Positions 21,123 to 32,026 of a DNA stretch of 64,000 nt are shown piece after piece; positions within the stretch are counted from its first letter, which is position 1, and each line of letters starts with the position of its first letter. Source of the DNA: an uncultured Nitrospiraceae bacterium (GTDB taxonomy: Bacteria > Nitrospirota > Nitrospiria > Nitrospirales > Nitrospiraceae); assembly GCA_963706325.1 (NCBI GenBank), contig CAVPLT010000001.1, forward strand, positions 384,001-448,000, read 5' to 3'. Below the pieces are notes generated by a model, which saw only the letters and a list, made by a program, of their open reading frames with translations, was not told the origin of the DNA and made no database searches. Both the position numbers and the translations under genes were made by a program.

Positions 21123-21338
21123 GCCTTCACTGGGCATATCGAACGAACACTCATTCATAGCTTGAGTCGGCAAGTCGGGATGGCTCTCACTGCGCGCGTC
21201 CAACGAGTCCCCCCTCACCACCCCTGCTGGTGCCGCGAAAGGACCGTGGCGACACCTCATGACTGGGGTTGTGGTCATGGGGGCCTTCAATGCGCGTATC
21301 GAACGAGCACATTCTGATCGTGCGCGTTCTACGAGCAA
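21123..21338. repeat. Degenerate 28-bp direct repeats (three copies plus a partial one) in an intergenic region
   Basis: GCCTTCACTGGGCATATCGAACGAACAC (21123), GCTCTCACTGCGCGCGTCCAACGAGTCC (21183), GCCTTCAATGCGCGTATCGAACGAGCAC (21283), then TGCGCGTTCTACGAGCA. Confidence 0.65.
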
Positions 21339-21379
21339 GAAGGACCCTGTGGCCGCGCCCCCAGTCATTACTTGCCATC

Positions 21380-22894
21380 TCAACTCTCCGGCGCCAGTGT
21401 AATTTCCTTCACGTCTCCAAAGCCGGCAAGCACCTTCGACAGGGCCTCGCCGGACCCGACGGCCAAAATCCGCAATCGATTGGGATTGAAATGGGTCTTC
21501 GCCGCCCGCTGAATATCTTCTTTCGTCAGCTTCACCACCTTGTCCCGAATCTGCTGTAGCCAATCTTTCGGCAGCCCGTCATATTCGAGATCCATCAGGC
21601 GGCTCACGATGCTTGATGCGCTCGTAAACGAAAAGACAAAGGAGTTCACATAGGCTTCCTTAGCTTCCTCAAGTTCAAGATCGGTCACCGGCTCCGTCCG
21701 CATCCGTTCCATGTTTGCCACGAAGCGATTCACGACCTCCTGAGTCGACGAGAGTTTGGTTTCGGCGCGCATGAGCCATACGCCCTGATCGTACACGCTT
21801 GCGCGAAGGCCGCTCCCCACGGAATAAGCCAAGCCGCGTTTCGTCCGCACATCGTTGAAAAGCCGGCTGCGGAACGAACTGCCTCCCAAAATGTCGTTCG
21901 CGATCGCCACCGCCACATAATCGGGATCGGTCTCTTTAATGGTCAGATGCCCCACCCGCAAGTGGGTCTGTGACGTGTCCTTATTGACGAACCGCACCGC
22001 GCCTGCGTTAAAGTCGGTCTCCGGCACAGCTGGAATCACGATATCGGGGACGGTAGCTTTTGCCCAATCGCCAAACACTTCGCGCAGCAAGGCCAGCATA
22101 GAGGTCTTGTCGAAATCACCCGTGACACCAAGGATAATGCCATTCGGGTGGACCGTGCGCTGATAAAAGGCCACGAGGTCCTCGCGCGTCAGCGAGTCGA
22201 TCGAGCGCGTCGTGGTCTCTCGGGCACTGGGATGCGTGCCGCCGTAAAGCAGTTTGGCGAACTCGCGCCCGACGATGGAGCCCGGACTATCTTGACGGCG
22301 GCGGATACCTTCCAATGCTTGCAATTTGGCCAGATCAACGCGGCTCTCTTCAAATGCCGGCCGGCGCAACAAATCGGCAAAGATGTGCATGCCGCGTTTT
22401 AAATCCTTCTTCAACACATCCAGAGAAGCGGACCCAGACTCTTTGGCAAAACTGATCGACACGTTCGCGGCTAACTGTTCGAGCTCCTCATCGACCTCTT
22501 CGGGAGACATCCCTGTCGAGCCGCCGGTTCGCATCACGGCGCCGGTCATTCCGGCCAAACCGACCTTTTCCGGAGGGTCCAGCCAGCTGCCGGTTTTGAG
22601 CGTGGCGTTCACCGTGACGAGCGGAAGTTCGTGATCCTCAAGCAGGTAGACGACCATGCCGTTTTCTAACACCACGCGATCCGCATCGGGTGGGTTGAAA
22701 TTGACGGTCGGGAAACGCATCGCGCGCGGGTCATTCGCCGCCAGGTCCGCAGCTAGTCCTGGCGCGACCTGTGTGAGCAGCAATAACAGGATAGTCAGCA
22801 GCGAGATCCCCTGTGTCCTCTTCAGCATGCTTGTCTCTCCTTCTACCGCTGCCTGCCCTTCCAATCTTAATCTCTGACGGCTTCCATACGTCAT
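21380..22894 (-). CDS. M16B (pitrilysin-family) peptidase, non-catalytic subunit
   Basis: LENGM, SRLFNDVRTKRGLAYSV, no HxxEH; ATGA overlap with the upstream partner. Confidence 0.88.
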   Translation of the reverse strand: MTYGSRQRLRLEGQAAVEGETSMLKRTQGISLLTILLLLLTQVAPGLAADLAANDPRAMRFPTVNFNPPDADRVVLENGMVVYLLEDHELPLVTVNATLKTGSWLDPPEKVGLAGMTGAVMRTGGSTGMSPEEVDEELEQLAANVSISFAKESGSASLDVLKKDLKRGMHIFADLLRRPAFEESRVDLAKLQALEGIRRRQDSPGSIVGREFAKLLYGGTHPSARETTTRSIDSLTREDLVAFYQRTVHPNGIILGVTGDFDKTSMLALLREVFGDWAKATVPDIVIPAVPETDFNAGAVRFVNKDTSQTHLRVGHLTIKETDPDYVAVAIANDILGGSSFRSRLFNDVRTKRGLAYSVGSGLRASVYDQGVWLMRAETKLSSTQEVVNRFVANMERMRTEPVTDLELEEAKEAYVNSFVFSFTSASSIVSRLMDLEYDGLPKDWLQQIRDKVVKLTKEDIQRAAKTHFNPNRLRILAVGSGEALSKVLAGFGDVKEITLAPES

Positions 22895-24459
22895 GGCTGC
22901 ACCTCACCCACCGCCGCCATTTTTTTATCAGGCACCTTCTTGACGAGCACTCCGACGGTTCGATTCGACTTGGTCAGATACTGGGAGGCCACCCGTTGCA
23001 CGTCCGCGGTGTGACAGCCGCGATCCGGTCGCGTGCGTTCACAATATAGCGCCAACTCCCGGCCACTGTCTGATAAAATGCCAGCTGCGAGGCAAGCCCG
23101 CTATTGGACCGCAACGACCTCACGAGATCCGCGTCGAGTTGTTGAGAACGCTCTCGAATTCCTTCGCCGAAATCGGTTCGGTCTTCAGCCGTTCGAGCTT
23201 CTCGCAGAATGACCGTTTCGACCTCCGCGGTCTGTGCGGGGCGAGCGGCGTCGCAGCAATCACGAACAGGTTCGGCGCGCGCACGCCCGGATAGTTCGTA
23301 TCGGACAACACAGACGCTGCCAGGCGTTTCTCGCGCACGAGCGTGCTGTAGAGGCGCGACGTCACACCTTCTGTCAGTACTTCGTCGATCACGTCGAAGA
23401 CGAAATCATCGGGATGGCCGAGCGTCGGCTTGTGATACCCGATCGCCAGCGCCGGTTCCGCATCGAATTCGACTTCGACCCGTCGCTCACCGCGTTGCGG
23501 AGGCTCCTGCGTTACCAGGGACGGAATAGGAGGCGCGGCCGGGATCTTGCCGAATGTTCCTTCAAGAGGGCGATGACCTCTTTCGGATTGATATCGCCGA
23601 CAATCGCCACGGTCGCATTGTTGGGACCATAATAGGTTTTGAAGAACGCCTCGTCGCAGCCGGCGTGAGGGAAAGAATGTCCGAACGCCCAGCCGATGGT
23701 CGGCACGCCATACTGATGGGCTTGGAACGCGGTGGACGTGAATGTCTCGTAGAGCAGCCCGTTCGGACTGTCGTCGGTTCGGAGCCGTCGCTCCTCCATC
23801 ACTACGCCCCGCTCTTTGTAAAACTCCCGAAGGACGGGATGCGCCATCCGATCTGACTCCAGAGCCGCCCAGAGCGGCAATCGGTTGGCCGGAAGGCTGA
23901 TGACGTATCGCGTAATGTCCTTGCCGGTCGAGGCATTGAGCCCAACTCCCCCATGACGCTGATAGAGCAGCGCTATTTCGTTGCCCACGACATACTCGCC
24001 CGCCTTATCTTGCAATTCTTTGAAACGTCGCTGAAGGCCCGTATTGCCTGGGAAAAGACCGGCGTCTTGCCCTCCGTATGCGCTCGAGCTGTCTCCTCAC
24101 GCTCACGTTCTTCGAGCTCCGTCCCGACCTTGGTCAACTCGGCCAAGGCCGCCTGTTCCTTTTCGAAGTCTCTCGTTCCGACCGTACGCGTCCCTTTGAA
24201 GGCCATGTGTTCATAGAGATGCGCGAGGCCTGTTTGCCCGACCTGTTCATTGACGCCGCCGACTCCAAAGGTCAGGTTGATGCTGACAATCGGCGCTTGA
24301 TGCCGTTCGACCATCAAGACAATCATGCCATTCGCCAACTCGTGCTCAATGACACGGTCCGCCAGGCTTGGAGAGGCCGCATGGCTTGGCGCGGTTGCCG
24401 GAGAGCCGCGGCGAGAATCCAGGACCACTACTGACTTCGTGCTCGAGCGATGCTGTCAT
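22891..24459 (-). CDS. M16B peptidase catalytic subunit, multiple frameshifts
   Basis: GLAHLYEHMAFKGT (HxxEH), NAST, ERGVVMEERR, YYGPNNA and SRLY..LVREK across ORFs 23973-24428, 23512-24015 and 23120-23392. Confidence 0.85.
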
Positions 24460-25107
24460 GTAAATAGCTCCATCAATTCTTCCGGTCGTTCAATGAACCA
24501 ATCCGGGCTGGCAAGCCGCCATCTTCTGACGATTGCCCATGCCGTACCCCACTGCGCACACTCGAATGCCGGCGTTGTGTCCGCCGTTAATGTCGTTCGT
24601 GCTGTCGCCGACCAGCACGGTGCGATCTTTCGTCACTCCGAGTTGCTCCATCACGTGCAGCAACATGCCGGGTTCGGGCTTTAGGCCGAACCCGTTGTCT
24701 CCGCCGATGACATAGACGAAGTGCTCAGGTCCCAAGCCGTTCAGAATGACGTTGGTGTATTCGATCGACTTATTGGTCGCCACGGCTTTTTGCTTCTGTC
24801 CGAAAAGTGTTTCAGCACCGATCAATCCCGGGATAGAATTGCGTTCGATCCAGACAATGCGCCAGGTAGTGCCGACGAAATATCCGCAGCGCCTCGTCGA
24901 ATAATCCTGCTTCCTCTCGCCACCGCCAGTCGGCAGCAGCTTCTTGACGCCGTCTCCCACGAAGCCGAAAATTTCTTCCTGCGTCCGTTCCGGCAGCCCA
25001 AATCGCGCAACGTCCGATTCACCGAATCGGCAATGTCCCATTTCGATTCGATCAGCGTGCCGTCGAGGTCGAAAATGAGCAAGCTCGTACGGGTGATTAT
25101 TCGTCAT
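24456..25107 (-). CDS. HAD-IA phosphatase (phosphoglycolate phosphatase-like), frameshifted
   Basis: FDLDGTL, ATNK, KPEP and VGDS..DI motifs in two frames. Confidence 0.85.
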
Positions 25108-25669
25108 TATTTCGCCTTTCGCAAATCACCTGCAAGGGCCAGATCGGCCCGGTGCGTCTCCGTCCGTTTCTTCGAGCAGCGCCTGTCGCACGAAGTTCAT
25201 CATGCGCTTCTGTCCCACGTGGGGCGGCAGCATCGGTTCCATGATTTTCCAGCGCCCCTAACACCTTGACCCGAACCCTCACCTGTTCGTCGTCGAGTCC
25301 GGCACAAATCCGGCCGAATCCATATAGATCGATCCGAGACATCTGAAACTCCACGGGAATCAGCGACCTCCAAAGGATTGACCATTTCCCACTTGCGAAA
25401 GTCGTCCGGAACGGAGAATCCACTGATCACGATCGATCTTGCCCCACATCGGCTCTTCCTTCCAGTCGACATAGGGCGCCAGCGTATCGAATGACGCCGC
25501 ATCGAGGCGGCGCCCCTTTGTTGTCGAGCGCAAAATATTTCTGGACGACCTCAGCCGGTGAATGGGAGATGGCATTGGTTTGACGAACGCATCCTTGACC
25601 GGACAGGAGAAATGCCAGCCGATGTAGAAAACACCACGCCCATTATGCCGCCACACCTCGCGCGCTCAT
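25107..25669 (-). CDS. Hypothetical protein, heavily frameshifted
   Basis: Tightly packed between pyk and HAD (TAATG overlap); coding-like fragments such as LAPYVDWKEEPMWG and WEMVNPLEV. Confidence 0.5.
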
Positions 25670-25673
25670 ACGG

Positions 25674-27133
25674 CTATGCCACCTCATGCAATTTCATCAG
25701 ATTGGTTCCACCGGGTTGACCGATCTCTGGTACCGGACAGAATGACGATACGTTGCCCCGGTCTTCACCAAGCCTTCGGCCTTCAGCCGCCGTTCGGCCT
25801 CCTGCACTCGTTCATCGGTCTGTCGAGATCTGCGTCATCGTGTGGGGAAGCACGCCCCAGTATAGGGCCATCTGCCGACGAATCGTCTCGAGTGGAGTAA
25901 AGGCAATAATCTGCGCAACCGGCCGCTGCTTCGACACGAGCCGGGCCGTCATTCCTCGTTCGCTGAACGCGACGATGGCGCCGGCGCCGGTCGCCGCCGC
26001 TGCCGAGGAGGCCGACAGGCAAATCGCCTCCGGGAAGGACTCATGCGGGCAGTGTCCGTCTGCGACCCGCCTGACAAAACCGGGACCCGTTTCGACTTCT
26101 GCCGCCCGCACGATACGGTCCATGACCTGGACCACTTCGACCGGATACTGCCCGACGCCGTTTCGGCCGAGAGCATGACGGCGTCGGTCCCGTCAAAGAC
26201 GGCGTTGGCCACGTCCGAGGCTTCGGCCCGGGTCGGCCGCACGTGTTGCGTCATCGACTCCAGCATTTGCGTCGCGGTGATCACCAATCGACGATGGCGA
26301 TTGGCGGCGGCGATGATGCGCTTCTGCAGCACCGGCACCGCCTCCGGTCCCAATTCCACTCCCAAATCCCCGCGCGCCACCATCACGCCGTCCGCATGGG
26401 CGAGGATGGCTTCCAACTCCGTGACGGCCTCCTGCCGTTCGATTTTAGCGATCACCGGCACATTCCCGCCGCAGTCGGCAATCAGCTGTTTGGCGGCGAT
26501 GATATCTTCCGCTCCACGGACAAAGGAGAGGGCAATGTAATCGACGCCCTGCGCCACGCCGAACCGCAAATCTTCGCGATCCTTGTCCGTCAGCGTCGGT
26601 GCGCTGACGATCGTGCCGGGCAGATTCATGCCTTTGTGAGACGTCACAGGCCCACCCGCTATGACCGTGCATTCTACCGCGCCGTCGACGATTCGATCCG
26701 CTTTCAACTCCACCAAGCCGTCATCAATGAGAATTCTGGCCCCGGGCCGGATGTCTCGGGTCAGTGTGTGATAGGTGACGGGAATCTCCGGGACCGGGGC
26801 CTTCTCGATGACCGTCCGCGCGCCGAGTTGCCCCCCGGAGCGCAGCGCCATCGTTCGCAATCGCACCGTCTGCCCCACGAGAAGCTCCATTCCAACGCCT
26901 GGGATATCGCCGACCCGAATGCGTGGGCCTTGAAGATCTTGAATTATCGCGACCGCGACACCCTGCCGGTCGGCGGTATCACGGATGACCTTGATCGCAT
27001 GGCCGTGTGAATCATGCGTGCCATGGGAAAAATTCAATCGAGCGGCATTCATGCCGCTTTGTATGAGCTGATCCAGGACAGCCTGACCATCGCTTGCGGG
27101 ACCGATGGTGCAGACGATTTTCACTTTTCGCAT
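25674..27133 (-). CDS. pyk: Pyruvate kinase, C-terminal part frameshifted
   Basis: [43 protein letters not shown] and [10 protein letters not shown]-domain in ORF 25812-26135. Confidence 0.95.
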
Positions 27134-27340
27134 GGCTCAATTCTTCTGTCTTGACAAGAGGCGCCTGGCGCACCATCTTGTCCCTGATGGTGTGACTCTC
27201 GGTTCTAGATCAGATCGGCAATGGGATCATTCTAACAAACACCTTCGCGTGCCGCAAAAGAACATCTCCATACCGAGCAGAGAAATGCGGCGCAGACCCA
27301 TTAAAATTTCCTTATCAACCAGAATCCAACGAGGCATTTC

Positions 27341-29681
27341 ATGAGCGCTTCGGACGCATTGCCGACTGAACAACTGGATTTTGTCACGATCGACGGCTTG
27401 CTCGTCTATGGAGAACGGCTGGCTCAGCGAACGTCCAGCGACCGATATGTTCTGCCGCCTTCGCCGCCTCCCACCACCGATCGACGACGGCGCGCAGAGG
27501 AAGCGACCATACGCATCCGGACTTTTATCCAAAGCCTGCCGGCCGGATTGCCCAGCGCCGAGGCCTATCATACCGCCCGGCGCGAGTTGATCGCCGATGC
27601 CTGCGGAGGGGATCCCCTGGTTTTCTATGCCGCGTGGAACCTGCTCCTGGCGCGTGGAGAACTGGCGCCTCTGTATCGGGCGCCGATCGGGGCCACTCAA
27701 AAACCCGCTCATCGACGCCCCGTCGCCATCGTGCCGCGCGCCAACCTGACACCCCAGTTGGCTGAAGGACGCATCGTCTTAGATTTGGGCGATGACCGAT
27801 TTTGGCTGCTTCCCCGTGACCTGGCCGACCGAACGGTGTTTTTTACCATGCGGCATGGCGTGTCGGAAGTCGAAAGCAAAACGCACCGGGTGGGACGCCG
27901 ACTCGCGAATGTCCTGGATACTGAGCGTGGCGTTCCCAGAGCGGAAGCGGTCGGGGCGGCGTTGGCCACGATGGTGGGCGTGGTCGGCCAGCAACTCGGC
28001 TACCTCAAACTTCACAACTATCTGGATCCCCGCACGTTTCTGCATCTGATCAGTCATAGCCCGAACACCGAACAACTCTGCCGGCGGATCACCAAAGCTC
28101 TAATGCCCGATGGGGCGGAGGCCGTTCACCCACACCTTGAAGCGACGCTGGAGTCGCAAGACTTCGGATGGGTAACCGGCATGGAAAAACAAGCGGAAGT
28201 CGATGCGGCCGCACAGGCATTCGGAGTCGATGCCAAGACCGCCAAGCGGCTGATCAAACATCCCTTCTACAGCTATCCCGGCGGGCATTCGTTTTTCGAT
28301 CTCTATGTCGACGTGATCGACGGCCTGCATCGGCTCGGTCACGCACACCCCGGCCAGGTACTGTGCCTCTATACGCACAGCTCCACGCTACGCGCTTTAC
28401 GCATCTATCTCGATCCGCGCCCCTTCCGTGAGGCCTTTTCCGAATTTGGAGAATATAAGGAAGGCCAGGACAACGTCGTGCTGCTCACCCTGGAGAACGG
28501 CAAGCTCTCCGGTTACTCAACCGCCGTCGGCTTGATCGAAAGCGAGCGTGTCGCTCGTGAGGCATGGGTGACGATCGAACGGGAGCGAAGCCAGCGCGTC
28601 ACGCTTAAGCCGCGACGTATCAAGCGCCTGCTCGCGCTGGTGTCGGGTGGTGATTTCGCGGGAGGCGGGGCGGCCCTCAAGGAATTGCGCGTCACCGGGA
28701 ATCGATTCGGGCTAGAGGTCTTTTTCGTCCGGCACGGATTCCTCGGTCTGGCTAACAATTGGATCGATGCGGTCACCGAGGAAGACACCCGCGGCATGAG
28801 CAGCCACGCCAGCAGCCCCATTGGAAGCAGCCGCTTCGAAGACTTCAAAGACGAGCAAGTGCAGCGTGCCGCCATGCACTCGCTCGCGCCCTATCGCGAT
28901 GACTCGGCCCTGGTCGTGTTGGGAGGCGACGGCAGCCTGCGCGGCGCGCGAGCGATGCATGAAACATTCGGGATGCAGGTAGTCGGCATTCCCGGCACCA
29001 TCGACAACAATATCGCCGGCACGACTTCGCTGGGATTTCATTCCGCGGTGGCGCTCGCGAATCAATCGATTGAATCCCTCAAGGCCACCAGCGCCGCAAT
29101 GGGCAGCATCTTCTTTGTCGAGGTCATGGGCGCCGGGTCAGGCCATTTAGCGTTGGCCTGCGCCTACCAAGCCCGGGCGGAAGGAATCCTCGTGAATGAG
29201 CACCCCGATCCCGATGCGTACATCGAAGAGATTGTCCTCGGAACCCTCAGAGCACACGTTAGGCGTGCCTAACAAGAGCCACATTTTTGTAGTGGCGGAA
29301 CGGACGCCTCATCGGCATCACCGGGAAGGCGGCGTGCATGGCTTGGTAGACTATGTTGCCAACACCATCGCGAAATGGCCCCAGCGTCGAGGAAAATCCG
29401 TCCACTATTCGTTGACCTCAGCCACCAAGGCGACCATTCTCGGACATACACTCCGAGGCGCGCCGCCGACCCCGGAAGATAAAATGATCGCCCAACATAT
29501 AGCCTATGAAACCGTCCGCCGCCTCGTCGAACAACCGGAGAGCATCGTCGGCTGTATGGTGGCCTATCGGGACTCACACACTCTTGAAACAATTCCGCTG
29601 CATGCCCTGTCGCCTAAGCCATTCGATTGGGAACTGTTCACGCGCATGCACGGAGCGGAGTTGCCCATCGAGAAATCATGA
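27341..29681 (+). CDS. Histidine-phosphatase-domain/6-phosphofructokinase (PfkA-type) fusion, frameshift near 29250
   Basis: N-terminal half has TMRHG, DFGW.TG, PGG.SF and LYTHSSTLR. C-terminal half has SGGD, GGDGS, PGTIDN and VEVMG, with ILGHTLRG in ORF 29196-29681. Confidence 0.82.
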
Positions 29682-29780
29682 GGCGCGTATGACATCAGCA
29701 CGATGCCCCATGGCCTACGTTGACCCCTCCCATGTGACATGTTAGGGTCGTGCCCGTTGAAGCGAGAGGCGTTTTTTATT

Positions 29781-30242
29781 ATGCCTGTTCGAGACTTCAC
29801 CCCTGTTCTCTTGTGGCTGTGCGCCACCGTCCTTCTTCACTTCGGCGCCGCGTTCGCAGGGGCGCCGGGCTCGACGCTCTCGGACACCCCGTCCCCCATA
29901 CTCGCTCCCGACCCTGCCCAAGCCCCGCCTTCGCAGAATGGATCGGTACGAGCGGGACCTGACACGAATTCATCGGGTCTCCAAGAATCCATCCCTGCAT
30001 GGGCTCGGAACACGCTGAAGGCGCTTGAAACGCGCCATGGCCACCCGCTGCCGGGCTATGTCGGAGGGCGCACCTTTCAGAATCGCGAACGCGCGCTCCC
30101 GCGGGGCCGCTATCGGGAGTATGACGTGCATCCGAAGGCGCCCGGGAAGAATCGCGGCGCGGAACGAATCGTCATCGACCAACGCACTGGCAAGGCCTAT
30201 TACACCGCGGATCACTACCGCTCATTTATTCCAATGAATTGA
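29781..30242 (+). CDS. Secreted guanyl-specific microbial ribonuclease (barnase/RNase Sa/N1 family)
   Basis: Signal peptide; FQNRE..LP...YREYDV, RGAERIV and YYTADHY.SF motifs. Confidence 0.9.
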   Translation: MPVRDFTPVLLWLCATVLLHFGAAFAGAPGSTLSDTPSPILAPDPAQAPPSQNGSVRAGPDTNSSGLQESIPAWARNTLKALETRHGHPLPGYVGGRTFQNRERALPRGRYREYDVHPKAPGKNRGAERIVIDQRTGKAYYTADHYRSFIPMN

Positions 30243-30248
30243 GGACAC

Positions 30249-30788
30249 ATGTCGATCATCGCGCTCCAATCGATTAAAAAACCCTGGGCGCACCTCTTAG
30301 TGCATGCCGAAGGAGACGCTCTCGACAAGATCCTCTCCGTGCCCGCGCACTTCGTGGTGAAGACCGTCTCGGGCAAGAAATGCAAAACCAAGGCAGGACT
30401 GCTGGACGAATTCAGCCGCGTCTTTTCCTTTCCGGAATACTTCGGTCACAACTGGGACGCCCTCGAAGAATGTCTGGCCGATCTTGAGTGGCTGCCCGCC
30501 AAGGGCTACCTCGTGGTGGTGACTGACGCGGACCAAGTCCTGACGAAACCCGACGAGGAGGACGATTTCGAAACGTTCGTCGAGATATTGAGTGAAGCCG
30601 GTGAAGCCTGGAGCCTCAAGGAATCCGACGAGCCAACGGGCGACGGCCTCCCGTTCCACGCCGTCTTGACCGTCACGGATCGCCATAAGCACACCCGCCA
30701 CAATTGGTTTGCGCCACCCTTGGCCATGGAACGCAAACCCGGCAGAGCCACGCCACGGAAGGCATCGAAAAAGTCGACTCGCAAGTGA
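30249..30788 (+). CDS. Barstar-family ribonuclease inhibitor
   Basis: FPEYFGHNWDALEECLADL motif, directly downstream of the RNase. Confidence 0.9.
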   Translation: MSIIALQSIKKPWAHLLVHAEGDALDKILSVPAHFVVKTVSGKKCKTKAGLLDEFSRVFSFPEYFGHNWDALEECLADLEWLPAKGYLVVVTDADQVLTKPDEEDDFETFVEILSEAGEAWSLKESDEPTGDGLPFHAVLTVTDRHKHTRHNWFAPPLAMERKPGRATPRKASKKSTRK

Positions 30789-30818
30789 CGTCACCGTTTC
30801 AATTTGAAGGAGGTCAAC

Positions 30819-31226
30819 ATGGGAATCTTCGATCAACTCGGTCAGGCAGCCGCAGGCATGATGGGAGGCAGCAGCCAAAATCCCCTGGTGCAAGCCGCGA
30901 TTGGCCTGCTAGGACAGAACAGTTCGGTGGGCGGCATTGCCGGTCTTATACAGGCGTTTCAGAAGAACGGGGTGGGAGAGATCGTGAATTCGTGGGTCGG
31001 CACGGGCAGCAACCTGCCGATCTCCCCTGCGCAAATACAGCAAGGATTGGGCGGGGATCTGCTAAAGCAGCTCGCAGCCCAGGCAGGGCTGAGTTCGGAA
31101 GCCGCCAGCGGCCAACTGGCGAATCTTCTTCCCGGCTTGATCGATAAACTGACGCCGGACGGCAAGCTGCCGGATACGAACCTGATGGAACAGGGGTTAA
31201 ACCTCTTGCGAGGAAAACTCGGGTAG
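30819..31226 (+). CDS. YidB/DUF937 family protein
   Basis: GGIAGL..AF...G....NSWVG.G.N.PIS and LP..IDKLTPDG; GGAGG RBS. Confidence 0.9.
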   Translation: MGIFDQLGQAAAGMMGGSSQNPLVQAAIGLLGQNSSVGGIAGLIQAFQKNGVGEIVNSWVGTGSNLPISPAQIQQGLGGDLLKQLAAQAGLSSEAASGQLANLLPGLIDKLTPDGKLPDTNLMEQGLNLLRGKLG

Positions 31227-31233
31227 GACGAGT

Positions 31234-31476
31234 CTAACAGAGAGAGAGCAGTCGGCCTATCAACCGCTGCCTCCACCGGGTGAGTCCCCAGCAGAAGTCC
31301 TTCACACGCGAGAGCAGCCACCGTCTTGAATCGACGACCTGCCCCACACTGGCGCTGAGCGAAATAAAATGATCCCCGCAGAGCCCATGCGTTTCGCTGG
31401 AATCATCCAGGGGTAATTTTTCCCTTAGGAATGCAGGCTTCCCGTCTCGTACGCACCACGCGCATAACACTTTCAC
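31234..31476 (-). CDS. Small CxWC...HGxC putative metal-binding protein, paralog A
   Basis: MKVLCAWC...REK.PL.D..ETHGLC..H; paralogous to 31770-31994. Confidence 0.7.
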   Translation of the reverse strand: MKVLCAWCVRDGKPAFLREKLPLDDSSETHGLCGDHFISLSASVGQVVDSRRWLLSRVKDFCWGLTRWRQRLIGRLLSLC

Positions 31477-31521
31477 AGCCTGACTCCATTCCTCGTGTGT
31501 TCGACCGTCGACCCCACAGGG

Positions 31522-31537
31522 CGCAAGAGTCGCACCA
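31522..31537 (-). promoter_or_regulatory. Putative sigma54 -24/-12 promoter
   Basis: TGGTGCGACTCTTGCG (GG-N10-GC) upstream of paralog A. Confidence 0.55.
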
Positions 31538-31769
31538 TGACTGACGACGTGTGAGATCTGCTGTACTTTCAGAGTGATACCCTATGTGTTCGCGAAGGGT
31601 TGTCTCATAGGAGCCTTAAGTCGCGTGACTTTACGGCACTGATCGACGATTTTTGTCTCCATGAGCAAGTCATTCACCACCGCCGTGCCCGGTCATGTAA
31701 TGGCCGGGCTAACGCAATCCTTCGATAGTTTGGTGAAGTCGGACAGCTGCTCGACTGAAAAGGTGTTTC

Positions 31770-31994
31770 CTAGTAGGCGACAGCAGTGGTTGGCATCCGA
31801 CGAAGAAATGCCGCTTTATGCCCAAGCAAGGACGAATCGCAGTGGCTGGGTACCAGCGGGTCATGACAGACGCCCATTTGCTGGAGGTGAAAATCACAGA
31901 TGCCGTGGGTTTCTCGCGCATCGGCCAGCGGAGCCTTTTCCCGCACCAAGTCCGGCCGCCCCTCCTCCTTGCACCACGAACAAATGACTCTCAT
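31770..31994 (-). CDS. Small CxWC...HGxC putative metal-binding protein, paralog B
   Basis: MRVICSWC...REK.PL.D..ETHGIC..H; AGGAGG RBS. Confidence 0.72.
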   Translation of the reverse strand: MRVICSWCKEEGRPDLVREKAPLADARETHGICDFHLQQMGVCHDPLVPSHCDSSLLGHKAAFLRRMPTTAVAY

Positions 31995-32026
31995 CGTATC
32001 CTCCTACGCAGTGATACCCGATACTC

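Noticed and set aside
21123..21338. Bona fide CRISPR array
   Set aside because: Only three divergent repeats, unequal spacers (32 and 72 bp), and no adjacent cas genes or clear leader. Kept as a repeat instead.
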